Source of the DNA: Trichosphaerium sp. ATCC 40318
Lineage: Eukaryota; Protista; Tubulinea
Assembly (NCBI GenBank): GCA_038496445.1
Contig: JALMLS010000497.1
Span: forward strand, 1-64,000
Direction: 5' to 3'
Length of the DNA: 64,000 nucleotides
The notes beneath the pieces were generated by a model that was given only the letters and a program-made list of their open reading frames with translations, made no database searches and was not told where the DNA came from. Shown here one piece after another: positions 1-12,527 of this stretch (the first letter of the stretch is position 1; each line of letters begins with the position of its first letter). The position numbers and the translations under genes were made by a program.

Positions 1-185
1 AACTGTATTGTGTACCACTATTTACAAACGTCACTTTGCACCGTAAACAACAAAAATTCCTTTTCATGAGAAATAGTGGACGAAAAATTCACTGAATAAC
101 GCAAGGCTAAAAACCGATAAATTTAACTTAACGCTCAAGATCAACATCACCTCCTCGTAATCAAATATACAAAGTTACGAACAGG

Positions 186-967
186 ATGAAACCAATACAA
201 GCAACAACGTTTACAACAACAACGACGTTATTTCCTGTCACAGACTTCAAACAACCTACACAAACAACAGAAACGCCAAGAAGAACATTAAAACCATCAA
301 GAAAGGAGCGACGTAGAATTCAAAGAAAAGAAATTGAAAACGCGATTTCTGATGCAAATGGAGCTCCTGTTTACATTCTATTGTCTCAGTTAAACGCAGT
401 TTGGCAGACACCTTCATCAAAAAACGTAAACGTAGCTACAAATCTTCATAGAATAATCTTTCACCTTTCTATTCAAAACGCCCAAGATATCGCAAAAAAA
501 GCAACAGAAGAAGTTATAACAATACATCCTGACTTTAAACGGGGCATGGGTCAAGGACAAGTTGGTACACAGTTTTGCGATTGCTATCTACGAGCAAGAC
601 CGATGAAATCTTCACGTGTGCAGTTGGTTGAGTTCGCTGAACACAAAGCACAGTTCCAGCAGCAAAAACCGTATATTCAAGTAAAGCCACAAAGAAGACA
701 GTCTGTCCTTACAACAAGCGCAGAAATGCTCTACGAAGGCGCACAGATATTGGTAAGTCTTCATAACAACAGTGAAGCGATGACATTTCAGGCCGGAGCT
801 AAGAGAAGACTAGAAGTCGCTGATGAATACAACAAAAAAAAAAACTCAAGTTGGCTCCATTTAGAGAGTTGATGGAAAGCCTATCTTTAGATAAACCAAT
901 ACATCAACGTCTATCATCATCGGAGACATGTAAAATAAGATTACCTGCTTTGAGGATGAGGCAGTGA
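186..967 (+). CDS. Hypothetical intronless protein (228 aa as given; probably ~260 aa if the A-run at ~834-844 is corrected)
   Basis: Long ORF 186-872. A shifted frame after the A-run continues KLKLAPFRELMESLSLDKPIHQRLSSSETCKIRLPALRMRQ* to TGA at 965-967. No family recognised. Confidence 0.55.
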
Positions 968-1199
968 AAACATTTTTCGCTAAACAACAAATAATTTGTA
1001 CAAATTCTGTAAAAAAAAAGAAAAACTTGTAAAAACAAATCACCAATTAAAACAAAATCCGGCTTTCGCCACCTATCCTTCAAGAGTCAGTTATCTATAG
1101 AAATTAAAACTTTTTGATTGACTGAGATCACCTCACAGATTTTTATCATAAACTCAGTGAGCTGTTTTCGCCTAACATTTAACACAGATGGAAACTCTT

Positions 1200-1500
1200 T
1201 CACCTAAAGCAGTCCTGTAAGATTTCACGTAACACATTGTAAGAAGTAATATCTTTCAATGAAGGTTTTGTCTTTGTTAAAGTTGAGGTATGAAAGGCCA
1301 TAGTACAGTCAGCAATTGTTTGGCACTTTTTTATCCTCATCTGTCCGATTTTTTTGAGTTAGCCTAAATCTTTGATGGCTTTTATATGCATCAAGATGCC
1401 CTCATCTGTAATATTATTCAAGAGCATTTGTATGAGCTCCCGAATGCGCTTTAATATGTTCTTGTACTGAAGTAAACTTGGTAGTACGTTAACGACAGTT
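1200..1500 (-). pseudogene. Possible degenerate LRR-gene relic
   Basis: Minus strand reads ...LIQMLLNNITDEGILMHIKAIKDLG*. NNITDEGI resembles cysteine-containing (AMN1-type) LRRs. Interrupted by stops. Confidence 0.2.
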
Positions 1501-1887
1501 CCAATTTTTGTACTAGACAATCAACAACTGTCCTAATTTTAACTATGTTTGTCAAAGAGCACTATCGCGTTTTTTAATAGTTCTTGTGTCTACTGTGAAA
1601 AGATAAAACCATCGTACCGGCAATGTCATGAATGATAGAAACAGCGGTTGACACAACGTTCGAGCTGTTGTTTGTAGGAACTAGTTTCTGTAGCGTATGT
1701 ACCCATGATATGCAACACTAGTTATTGTTTTAACAAGTTAAAATGTGCTGTTTATTGCTTGTCGGTTGCGGTGGACTGTTTTTGAACAATAGCTTTTGCC
1801 ATGTAAAAGCTGGTCCAAACTTGAAAAAAATAACTATTTGCTGTTATCGTTGACTTAACCCGGTTTGTAAAAGTACTTCATTACGTA

Positions 1888-3817
1888 ATGGCTGAATTGA
1901 AGTATTATGTTGACGATAAACAAGAAAAAGGGAATAACGTTACATCTCATTTTATGGAAAAGAAGAAAGAAATATTACAAACCAAAGAAGCTAATAAGTT
2001 GTACGTACTTTGATAAAGAATAAAATAGCGACGCTCTAGGTTTTATTTCTTAGCCTTTTTTGAACCTTTTTCTTCTTCTTTGGTTCACATAGTAAGTCAC
2101 ACTCATTTTAGGCAGCGTAATAAGGTTAAACTATCAGTAATAGATAGATGTGTACCTTCTATGCATATTATGGCCACGTTTATTTTCAAACAAAAGATAA
2201 AGACTGATAAACTTAAAAAATCGCTTCTTAAGGTTCTAGCGTACTACCCTGTTCTTTCTGGGAGGTTTTTATTATCACCTGACGGTATGGCAAAGAAATA
2301 AAAAACAAAACCCAAACTTTCTTTTTTGAGTAAGAGAGTTCATCACGTGGTAATTTATTATATAATATAGGCTCTCTTGATGTATTATGTAACGGTAAAG
2401 GAGTTATTTTTGTAGAATCAACAAATACACAGCTAGATTTAGCAGGATTAAATTTGGAAAGTAATGACACTACCAAGAAGTTACCTAATTGCGAAGCACG
2501 TGATACAAAAGTCTTTTTTTCTCCTGATAATCTTTTTTTCGTTTCTTGAATGTAATTTTTCTTCCTAGTACTTCACTACAGCTATGAACGTTGTGATAGA
2601 TCCAACTGATTTTGAAAACCACGAACTCGCTGGTTTTAAGATTACTCAGTGCAAAGACTTTACGATTATTGGTGTTAGCTTCCAAAGACTTATTGCTGAT
2701 GCAAGTAGTCTTATTTATTTTATTACTCATTGGTCTTATATGACAAGAGGCAAAAAGTTCAAGCTACCTAACCACAACAGACTTAGTGTTGAACACATTG
2801 CTGACAGTACGACACTGGCTTTTTTTTGGTTGATAAATTCTAATTGAGAAAAAAAAGGAAATCGAAAGGATCCAGCTCGTGCAGGTGTATATTGTTTAAC
2901 CCCAAAAGAGCTTTTTTTATGTGGCAGAATGTTCTGGGAAAGCTTACCTCACGCTATTGAAACATTTGAGTTCACAAAAGAAGTACAACAACAGCGTTAT
3001 GTAATTTTATCTTGCTAAATTGTTTAGGAGCTAGCAAACATGAAACAAAGCTGCACAACCGATGACATGTGGATATCTACAAATGATGCATTAACAGCAC
3101 TGCTTTCTAAGATACTCACACAAGTACGGAAAGTAGACGTTAACGAAACAGTAAACATTGGTGTAGCTAAAAACATAAGGTACTTTTAATTCCTGCACAT
3201 CTAATAGTCACTTACATATTGAAATTAGGCGGTTGTGTGAGCCACCTTTAGAACAAAATCTTTTCAGCTGCGCTGCTCTTAATGTTTCAATTGAATATAA
3301 AGTTAAAGACTTGATAGAAAAACCTATTGTTGAGGTACAAACACGTGACCCTTGTCAATACAAGAAACCAAACCTGCTTTTTAACATCTCCGCAGATTGC
3401 CACATCGATACGTCAGTCCATTATAGATTTCGATTCAGATACACTACAACAGCATGTACACATGATTAAAAGTTTTGGGTCTAAAATGTTATCACCAAAC
3501 CCTCAGATTCAAATTCTTGGTGATCCGATAGGAGGTGATTTATTTTTTTCAAGTTGGACAAAAGCTCCTTTGTATGATATAGACTTTGGCGCAGGAAAGC
3601 CATTATGGTGTGGTCCCCCTATACCCGAAGAAGGCATTCCAGGATTTGTTGGCTCATTTCCATCTCCATCAGGTGAGTCTACGACTTTTTTTAGTAAATT
3701 GTGATGAAGCTGATCTTTTTTACAGGTGGTGCCTATGTTACGATTCATTTAAGAATGCGTGCAATGGAAACACTGTTAACAAAAAAATGGTTAAGTGAGC
3801 TTCATCAATATGCTTAA
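1888..3817 (+). CDS. BAHD/Transferase-family acyltransferase, multi-exon
   Basis: Exons give KLSVIDR, KLKKSLLKVLAYYPVLSGR, VLCNGKGVIFVE, IGVSFQRLIADASS (HxxxD position), ISTNDALTALL and SSWTKAPLYDIDFGAGKP (DFGWG-like). ATG at 1888, TAA ends at 3817. Confidence 0.88.
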
Positions 3818-4672
3818 TCACATGGATTGGGCAGTACACCGAATATTAGTTGTATATACATGTCAACACCATTACAATAACAAGCATTGGGCCCATCAGC
3901 CCGTAGTAGCGGAGCACAAACATTTCTTTTTGGCTACAGTTAATGTAGAAATCCCTTTTATGTATGTCAGATGGTAGTAAACGAGTTCGTTGGTTGCCTT
4001 TTACAAAGACATTTAATTATATGCTACAATGGTCATGTGCGCATGCGTGGTTTCAATCTACAGTTACAAGCAGTTCTTGCAAATAGCTAAACAGCTAGAA
4101 AACAGAACCACGGAACATGGTAAACGCGAATTGACGTGAGATTACTTAATTGATTTGACAACGAACAGTTGTGCTAGTTTAAATTAGTTGGGTGAACTAC
4201 AACACTTTTAATATTGCCGTAATCAAGCTTACCAACCCTTACTCCTAATGAAGTAGCTGAGAGTCCCTCAGTCTGAAATCAAGCACAGAGAATCGAAAGC
4301 AGTAGAAGTGGTAACATCTAAAGGTACTTATTAATACCCATTAGGCAAGACACTATCATATGAGCCATTCGAATGTTAAGTATGGACGTGTACCTATCCA
4401 CGCACTGATATGGCTCATGCTCTACAGAATTTCTCAGTCGCTATATTCACGGAATGATAGGTGTACAAAAATAGATTCAAGGCTCGGGTTACCCATAATA
4501 TTTCTGGGTCGGTTAACCCGAGACCCAATACATGACCCAATCCAATATTTTGCCATCAAAATTGTAGCAAGCTCCAAATTCACGTGGTTTACTCAAGATC
4601 CCTTGGTTTTAAGGTATGCAACAATTAAAGCGCGAGCTTATGGACAGGGTTGTTTCCACCGGAGAGAGAACA

Positions 4673-5758
4673 ATGGCAACAAAGGTAAAACCTTACATTT
4701 GGCATTGTAACCAATACAATTTATACCAACGAGCAAGAATCGACTCTGTGTCGCTTGTTACAGCTTCCCTTTGAGCTACAACTTTATGTCATAGATTTTG
4801 GCGTTGATATGTACATGTTGTGGCCTCTGTTATCTAAACAAGCAGCTACGAGCACTCGTTTCAATAAGAATATAGAAAAACACGGCGAGTACAAAATGTG
4901 GTATCTTAATGGACACTTGCGGAAGACATGTATGTATAAGAATGGTATAAAAGCAGGCGAATATAGAGAGTACCAGCATAGAGTTTTGAAAGAAAGGTGC
5001 CTGTATAAAGATGGGAAAAAAGAAGGAAAGTATTCGATTTGGCAGAGAGGAAAGTTACAAGAAGAAGTGTACTACAAAAATGATTTGTGAAGGCATGGCA
5101 TAAAAATGGTCAATTAAAGGAGGGTTGTTATTATGTCAAAGGTAAACGAGAAGGAAGCTACAAGGAGTGGCACGAAGATGGTCAATTGAGAATAAAGGCA
5201 TTTTATTCTGAAGGCATGCTTGATGGAGCGTACAAGGAGTGGCAAAAAGATGGTCAATTGCGAACAAAGGCATTTTATTCTAACGGCAAGCTTGGTGGAG
5301 TGTACAAGGAGTATTTTAATGGTACTTTGGTGCATCACCGTAACTACTTAAAAGGTGTCTTCGATGGAGAATATAGATCTTGGTTTAGTAATGGACAATT
5401 GTCCAAGAAATGGTCGTTTAAGAATGGATTGAAAGATGGACAGCAAGAATTTTGGAATAAGTCAGGTGTATTGGTAAAGAAATGTTATTATGTAAATGAT
5501 AGATTACATGGAGAATTGAGGCAGTGGCGAGATAATGGACAGATTCATAAAAGTTACTTTTATAAGCACGGTAAAAAGGAAGGAGAGTCTAAGGAGTGGT
5601 TTGATAATGGTCAATTAGAAAAGGAATGCACTACAAGAATGATTTCAAAGAAGGAGAGGAACTTTGTTGGAAGACAAGTGGTGAATTTAGTGTGCGATAC
5701 TTCTATAGAAGGGGCCGCAGACAAAGGTTTGGAGGGTCAAGAACTAAATGGTTGTTAA
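4673..5758 (+). CDS. F-box-like + MORN-variant (YwqK-like) repeat protein, copy 1, frameshifted
   Basis: LLQLPFELQLYVIDF..WPLLSK followed by repeated YxNGxxxGxYKxWxxNGQL units. Frame breaks at ~5087 and ~5630. Confidence 0.75.
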
Positions 5759-5854
5759 GTAAAGTGTTTGGGAACCCAAGCTTATGAGATTGTACTGAAA
5801 AATAGCCAATAAACCATAGTGTAGTTTCTTAATATTCACAATATTTCACACTAA

Positions 5855-6011
5855 CCAATACCGTTCAAATAAGGAACTGTAATGGCAAAGTATTAGCACT
5901 TTGAAATACCTTGAATGTTCGTCCATCACACAGGATGGCCTTAAAAATATTTTTGATGAAGCTATACATGCTGTTGTAGCTCCCATAAACAAAACACAAA
6001 AATGTGAGTGA
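5855..6011 (+). pseudogene. Rac/Rho GTPase C-terminal fragment
   Basis: PIPFK*GTVMAK / frameshift / [39 protein letters not shown] matches the Rac consensus PIT..QG..MAKEIGAVKYLECSALTQ.GLK.VFDEAIRAVL. Contains a stop and a frameshift, and lacks the N-terminus. Confidence 0.8.
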
Positions 6012-6189
6012 TAGAACAAATAACAAAACTCTGGTCCTTCTTCCTTGTGTTGCTCACCTTAACTTGGGCGAGCCAAATAGGCGTTTTGCGAGTAGAATTC
6101 TTTGACATCCTAAAGTACTTATCTGGTTCAGCAAAATGTGAAACAAAGTTGACTTAACCATACTTAGCTAAAACTCTATTTTTGCAGTT

Positions 6190-7247
6190 ATGGACGAATA
6201 TTTCCCCCTTGAGTTAGTTTATCATGTATTTACATTTCTAGACGCACCATCCCTTGCGCTTGCTACGTGTGTGAACAATCAATGGTGCCAGTTGGCCAAT
6301 TCAAACAATATTTGGCGTATTATTACGGAGAATCATCAATTTGAAAGCAAGAACGACGTAGAAGGTATAACTTTCGATAATTGGAAGATTGGTTATAAAA
6401 TACTTTCAGAGCAATGGACAATGCCGTAAGCTATCTATTTACGCGTTTATTTGACGTACACTAGCGAAGGAAGGACTCCTGAGATGCCCTTTTGGAATCA
6501 AAGCGTAACGTGGCCAAAACACCTCGTTTGTAACTATGGATCATCCCTATCACTTCGTACAACTTATTTATAACCTTATGAGCTGCCTGTAGACTAATTA
6601 GAGCTTGTAGGTAGCTTCCCTGTGTCAGAGGGCGTGTGGTTGTTTGAAATGACAGTGAAAAGTCGCACTTTTGACATGGCTATTGGCTTTGGTACAGCTG
6701 ATATGAGGATGACTCGTGACGTGGAATATGTAAAAGGTGCAAGTCGGAATGTTTATAAACTGGAAATCACGTGTTGTATACAGCTCATTATGAATGTTAA
6801 CGCACATGCTAATGAAACTAAATTTGACATTGTGAATATTGTTTTGCTAACATTTTTAAAGGGTTCGCTGGTTATTATCATGGAGGTTCATCATTGAATC
6901 TTATTTGTGATTCGAACAGAGAGGAAATGCCTTACAAAATCAATGAAAAGAATTATGCTACAACGTATCAAGCAAACCAGAAAGTTGGTGTTTTATTGGA
7001 TATGGACAAGAAAGAGATTAGTATTGTTTCAGAGGGAGAAAAAACTAGTATATCTTGTAGTATTGAATGTCTTGGTACACCATTATATCCTACTATATGG
7101 GGTGCTAGTATAAATGATAGTGTCATTGCATATTTTCCTAGACGAGTTGAAAAATTACCAACAGAGGATGGAACTCGTAAAGAAAGTAAAAAAGTTGTTG
7201 ATCCTGAGCCAGATAATATTGTAATTGTTGATGTTTGTAGCGTTTGA
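6190..7247 (+). CDS. F-box + SPRY domain protein
   Basis: F-box FPLELVYHVFTFLDAPSLALATCVNNQW. SPRY motifs GVWLFEMTV..MAIG, KVGVLLDMDKKEISI and PLYPTIW. Confidence 0.85.
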
Positions 7248-7352
7248 ATGTAAGGTTTAGAAGACGTAAAATCAAATCAACACGTAATCCAATTGTTTAT
7301 TAAGGTGTTTGAAAGTCTAAGACATGATCAAGTAAAGTACTCAGAGCGTCAC

Positions 7353-7829
7353 AATGACTTTAGTAGACAACACAATAAATTTAGAAAAGTTAATTGACTA
7401 TACTTGTATCATTATAACATACTATGGCATAACATCCATTTCTTGTTGCTTGTTTTCGAAAGAAATAGTAGCTATTGTTCTCTTTCTTGAAACACCTGTA
7501 TGTGATCTTGTATTAGATGAGCGCTCCTAAGGTAAACAATTAGCCATTTGTCGACCCTGCCGTAACAGCCTTTTGATTGAATTAAATACGAATAACTGCA
7601 CACTCAAAGAAAAGCTTGAAATCGACAATTTTACTGAAATGAGATGGATAACACCTCTAGTACTTTCAAGTTGTTCGCGAAAGTTGTCTTACGAAATTTA
7701 CATGACATGCAACGAAGTTTGTTCATATTACTACAATACATTAGGGCAGAATATGTTTTTACAACAGAGGCAATTGATCACCTTAAAAAGCTCAAAGTAA
7801 AATGGATCAACATAAAAGATTGCGCATAG
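7353..7829 (+). pseudogene. Possible degenerate LRR-like relic
   Basis: Broken frames with NLEKL..ITYYGITSI and FTTEAIDHLKKLKVKWINI. No intact ORF. Confidence 0.15.
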
Positions 7830-7842
7830 AAAAAAATGCAAA

Positions 7843-7957
7843 AATGGTTTGAGTTTTCCCTTAGTTTTCTCAGCCAGTTAAAGTCGGTCCAAAAACTTAA
7901 ACCGGCTAACCAGCTAAGAAAAAGCTAGCGGCTATAGCCGTTTAGCGACCACCTCTA
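7843..7957 (-). repeat. Interspersed repeat with hAT-like end (TAGAGGTGGTC), related to 23607-23690
   Basis: The reverse complement aligns with 23607-23690 (TAGAGGTGGTC..TAGCCG..TTTAAGTT..AAAACTCAAAC). Confidence 0.6.
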
Positions 7958-8102
7958 ATTTCGCACTGTCCTATGAAATGTGTACATGCATTCTTTAAAC
8001 TGCTGATGACTGAAAGGTGCCACAAACTTGTTTATACCTTACTTATTGTCATTACTTATTTAGATATGACCCAACACAACAATAATTTCTAAAGATGTTT
8101 AC

Positions 8103-8708
8103 CTAGTGTAATTCTATGCTCACAATTGTGCCATCAACGTAATTGCCCTCTGCTGTCAATCGACCAGTACACGACCAACATTTATAATCACCTTCCTTCT
8201 TGCCTTTTACTAAGTAGTACTGCAAATACAACTGTCCACTAGGATGCCAGTGTTTGAACTCTCCTTCAAGTTCATCATTTCTGTACTGACATTGTTGCTG
8301 CAATTGGCCACTGGGAAACCATGCCATGTACTCTCCTTCTCTTTTGTCGTTGATGTAATTAATCTTCTGAAGCAATGTTCCATTTGAGTAATACTCTTTG
8401 TACATTCCATGGCGTTTTCCATGTATCCAATAATCTTCACGTGACACAATGTTATTCTTCTTCGAATATTTAACCCACTTTCCATGTTTTTCAAGTTCAT
8501 CATTAAATCTAGTTGTCTTTGCAGTGTGTTTTGATAACAACGGCCACTTTATGTATGAATCTCTGTCTATCTCCATAATTACAAGCTGTAACTCAATTGG
8601 TAGGTTTAACAGGTAGCATACATCAGGTTTCGAAGTATTTATCTACTTTTGATTAAACAGACGCTAAATAGCTTTAGAAACAGGCACCATGCGTTTGTTT
8701 ATGCTCAT
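8103..8708 (-). CDS. F-box-like + MORN-variant repeat protein, copy 2
   Basis: MSINKRM / short intron / INTSKPDVCYLLNLPIELQLVIMEIDRDSYIKWPLLSK, then HGMYKEYYSNG-type repeats. Confidence 0.8.
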
Positions 8709-8924
8709 CTGGTGTCACGATAATTGTAACGTCATGTGCTTGGATCTACTAAAACAACTTAACTAGTACCTCTCATTTTTCTCGTAATATCTGGAGGCGC
8801 TTGGGTTTAGGTAAACAGGCGAAAGGAAGTAACAGCATATTTTTTATGTGCAATATTGTTTATTGAATAATTTTACAATAAACACGTGATGTTTTTAGGC
8901 TGCGAATATTGATCTCATTCCAAC

Positions 8925-9367
8925 TTAGGTTGAAGCTTTGCAAACTCTGCGGACCACATTGCTCTCTTCATAGCGCTTTCAAAAGCGCCTTTACCTTCAT
9001 GGCAGTATTTGGCGCATTTTTTGGCAACTTCGTATTGATTGTCTTTCCATGCCGCTCTTACAATAGCTACAGACAAAACAATAAGCATGGGAATAAAAAA
9101 AGAAACAGGTAAACAAAATAACTTGATCCTTCAATCCACAAACTCAGGACCCTTTTCTACACCAAAAAACTATTACAAATTGTTTCCTACAAACGTACTA
9201 TCGCATTGTTTGGCTGAAAGGCTAACTTTTTGTTGTGCGAGAGCTTGCTTGGCAAAGTCCTTTTGTTGTGCTTTCCAAGCCTTCTTAAAGTGGGTAAGTA
9301 TGGCTTTAAGGTCAGCAGCGCTTGCTTTCCTCATGCCAGATTCTATTTTCTTTCCTACGCGTGTCAT
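8925..9367 (-). CDS. Small basic helical protein (~100 aa), possibly DUF4476-like, two exons
   Basis: Spliced product MTRVGKK...KKAWKAQQKDFAKQALAQQKVSLSAKQCD|TIVRAAWKDNQYEVAKKCAKYCHEGKGAFESAMKRAMWSAEFAKLQP*. Canonical GTACGT...TAG intron. Confidence 0.6.
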
Positions 9368-10409
9368 ATTGCTTGAGTTGTTTTATGGTGGTTGTTTGTA
9401 AATTATGATTGTACAGCAAGAATTTACTAGACTTTTTTTAGACTTTACAGTAAAACACTTACCGTAAAGTATATTCGCTCTTCTTCCTGTTACAGCTATT
9501 TGTTGTTTGGACCGCATGGCCCTGGCCTGTAATATGTGTTTTTAAAAAAAATTCTGTATTGCGAAAATTGGTATCACAAAAATGTGCCATGCTAAATGCA
9601 TCACATGTGTAAGGATATCCATAGCAATACCTGATACATTGAATTGATTGTTTGTTAATGTAGGGAAAAAAAATATCTATGTAAGTACTTTTGGCGCAAA
9701 CGCTATTGACATGTGTATTGTTACAATTGATCACAGTGGTATTACTATATCATATACCCTGTTTTAAACAAGAAAAGTGTAGAACATCGTGTATAACATC
9801 AGTGTAGATTAGTAAACTGATGTCTTTCAACAAAACTCATTCAACAAACTCCCATATATGAGCCACTCTATTGTGAAGTTAGTTTTCAATAACAACCTGC
9901 GAAGCTATTAAACACAACCATTTAAACCTTCTCAAAGAGACAAATACAAAAATGATAACATGCGCAATGAGGATGACTTTGCTAAAAAAACACTTAAAAA
10001 AGTAAAATATTAAACTCTTTTTTACAGTTGTTGTAGACTACATCACTGTATGTGAATACATAATACATGAACGTAGGTATTCACAATATGTATGGCTACT
10101 ATGCACTCAAGCGTCAAACATTAAAAACGATTTTCAAGAGTGTAAATAATTTTGTTTTAAAAGTGGAGTGCTTACATAATATAGCTCTACTTCATGTGAG
10201 CATAAAAGTAGAAATTCATGTGCGTGCTACAAATCGGGAGTGGCCTTTTAAGAGTACGCTTAACGTTACAATAAAATACCATTACAGGTCAATTTCAATG
10301 CAAACTTGTAAGCTTGATCACTCAAATGTAAAATCAAGCAAGATATAAAACAAGCTTGTAAAAGGTACACTGGTTTTAATTGTTTTCCTCCCTTATTATT
10401 ACGTACAAA

Positions 10410-12353
10410 TCAGATATTATTAGATCGTATTCCTTCACGTATTTCAGCCATCATATTAAACATAAAATGAAGATTATTGAGACTTAGTATCATAGCACCA
10501 AGAGGTTCTTTGTTTTTAAACAAATAATGGACATAGCTATTAAGTTAACTTAGCACTTAAACAGTTACAACAACAGCTACTAAAAAAAGTAAATCATGTA
10601 CCCATAAGAGTACTCTGATATCTCAGGACAGTCTGGGTTAATACTTTTATCAAACATGTGCCTAATGTTATGTGTAAGGGAAAGAAAAAGTTAAAATACT
10701 AAAAGACTAGTTCTCTAAACAACAATAATTACCTAAACTTCTGGTTTGTTATATGAACGAGGCCATCCCTATAGTCTTCGCTTAGCTCAAACACAACTTT
10801 ACATTATAACTGTGTACCTTGTTGTAAGTTGTCCACAACGAGCTGCTCGCGTTGGATAAGCAGAATCGAATGTATCTGTTGTAAGTTAATGTTAATATTA
10901 ACATGTAGACTTTAGTAGTTTTACCAATTCCATATTTAGCGCTTCTTAGTATGTTGCTAGTATCTCCAATACCTATACGCATATAAACATTCAATAGTAA
11001 TTTCTTGATTACAACTGATTGTAACAAAAAACAGTGGTGTACCGAGTAGATGGACAGGTTTTCCTCGAGGTAGAATTGTTGACAAGAAGCCTAATCAAAT
11101 ATTGAGTTTTCATGGTCTTTTATAGACTTATGTACTCAATAACTTCTCTAGATCATCTCCAGTAGCACCCAAAGAACCACCTACACTTGTTACTTTGAAT
11201 TAGCATAGCAAAAATCTCAGAAAATCATTGCGTACCAATTGCGTGACCATCAAAAGGGAGTTGAGTCAAATAATCGACACTATACTTTCTCAGTGTTTCG
11301 TCTGTTCCACCATGAATTATAGAATACATTGCTTGTTGCTTAGGAGATTTAAGATGCTCTATAAGAGATCGTGCTTCCCATCTATCACGTGTGAAATTAG
11401 AAGCATTTCTCAAAGTAAAACGAACTTCACATTACCTATGAGATCTATGCAAAGACTCTTCAAGCTGTTCGTCACTAACATTATGTGCTAATAACTCATC
11501 CAGAGGTATAATTATATCTGAACCAAGTATTTTTTGTGCTTGTATTGTTGACTCTGGTGTTAAAGTGATAATATCTCCTGTACGGTACGACCTGTCGTAA
11601 ATACATCAATTTAATGAAAAATTAATCCTAAAAAAATCATACTTGAATTTAGCTCCTTCTTCGGTGACACCAACAAGTGTAGGTTCATGTGTACTCTTCT
11701 TTGCACCTTTAAGCTCTTTTTGAGAGGTTGTATTGGCCATTGAAAAGACCTGGAAACAAACAACAAATGTCAGAAGTGTTGACACTGTCAGTATCGCTAT
11801 AACTCTCGTACGCACTTGAAAACCTCCAGAATCAGTTATCAGCGGTCTGTCGTAGCTCATAAATTGGTGTAAGCCTCCTGCTTGTTTGATTGTTTCTAAT
11901 CCGGGATATACGAGCATGTGGTATGTATTTACAAACATGAGTGAGCTGCCTTTGGTCGTTAAAAACATTTACTTAAGAACAGCACATTTTTGGTTATTGA
12001 GCTGTTGAGGGCTCTTCTAGTTGCGATTTTACGCGTAAGATGAACTCACCAAGTGATTTAGCATGGCTGGGAAAAACTAACTTCAGAGCAGCCGCTGTGG
12101 CAACAGGAACGAAGCTAGGCGTCTCAATTGCTCCATGAGGGGTCCTTTGACACGATTTAGACTCAATTTATTTGACAAACGTACTGAATAACGCCAACGC
12201 GCGCTAGAGACTTTGTAGATTGGTGTGTTACTTTGAAAGAAAAATAGTCAGGTGGTACACGTTTATCGAACCTTTCGTTAGTAAGTTTCGCCTGGTTAGC
12301 GTTAGAACGCACTCTTTAGGGTCTGTGTAGCCATAATCAGCAAACCGCTTCAT
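10410..12353 (-). CDS. tgt: Queuine tRNA-ribosyltransferase (tRNA-guanine transglycosylase), Chlamydia-like type
   Basis: HGAIETPSFVPVAT, FVNTYHM, ITDSGGFQVFS, GSDIIIPLDEL, IIHGG, FDGHAIGGSLG, PVHLLGIG and DTFDSAYPTRAAR. Confidence 0.93.
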
Positions 12354-12527
12354 AGTCCTGGCGCATTTCGCCGCTACACTAGCCATACTTTGCTACATGA
12401 AGCGTAGTGTTCAAAAAAACTGGACAGGCAGTTAAGGCGGCTTTTTTCGGACTTCGCGCTAATTTTATTTTTACGCCTGAAGCGAGTCTCTGGTGTTACA
12501 TTAATTGTTACAAGCGCCTTCTTCATC

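Noticed and set aside
2496-2581. Possible GC-AG intron (GCACGT donor) in the BAHD gene; a similar site at ~33935
   Set aside because: Alternative GT donors or in-frame read-through also fit. This cannot be resolved without cDNA.
9459-10348. Short ORFs here and at 27583-28009, 48374-48802, 60121-60925 and 63598-63786
   Set aside because: No recognisable motifs or coherent exon structure; likely UTR or intergenic DNA.
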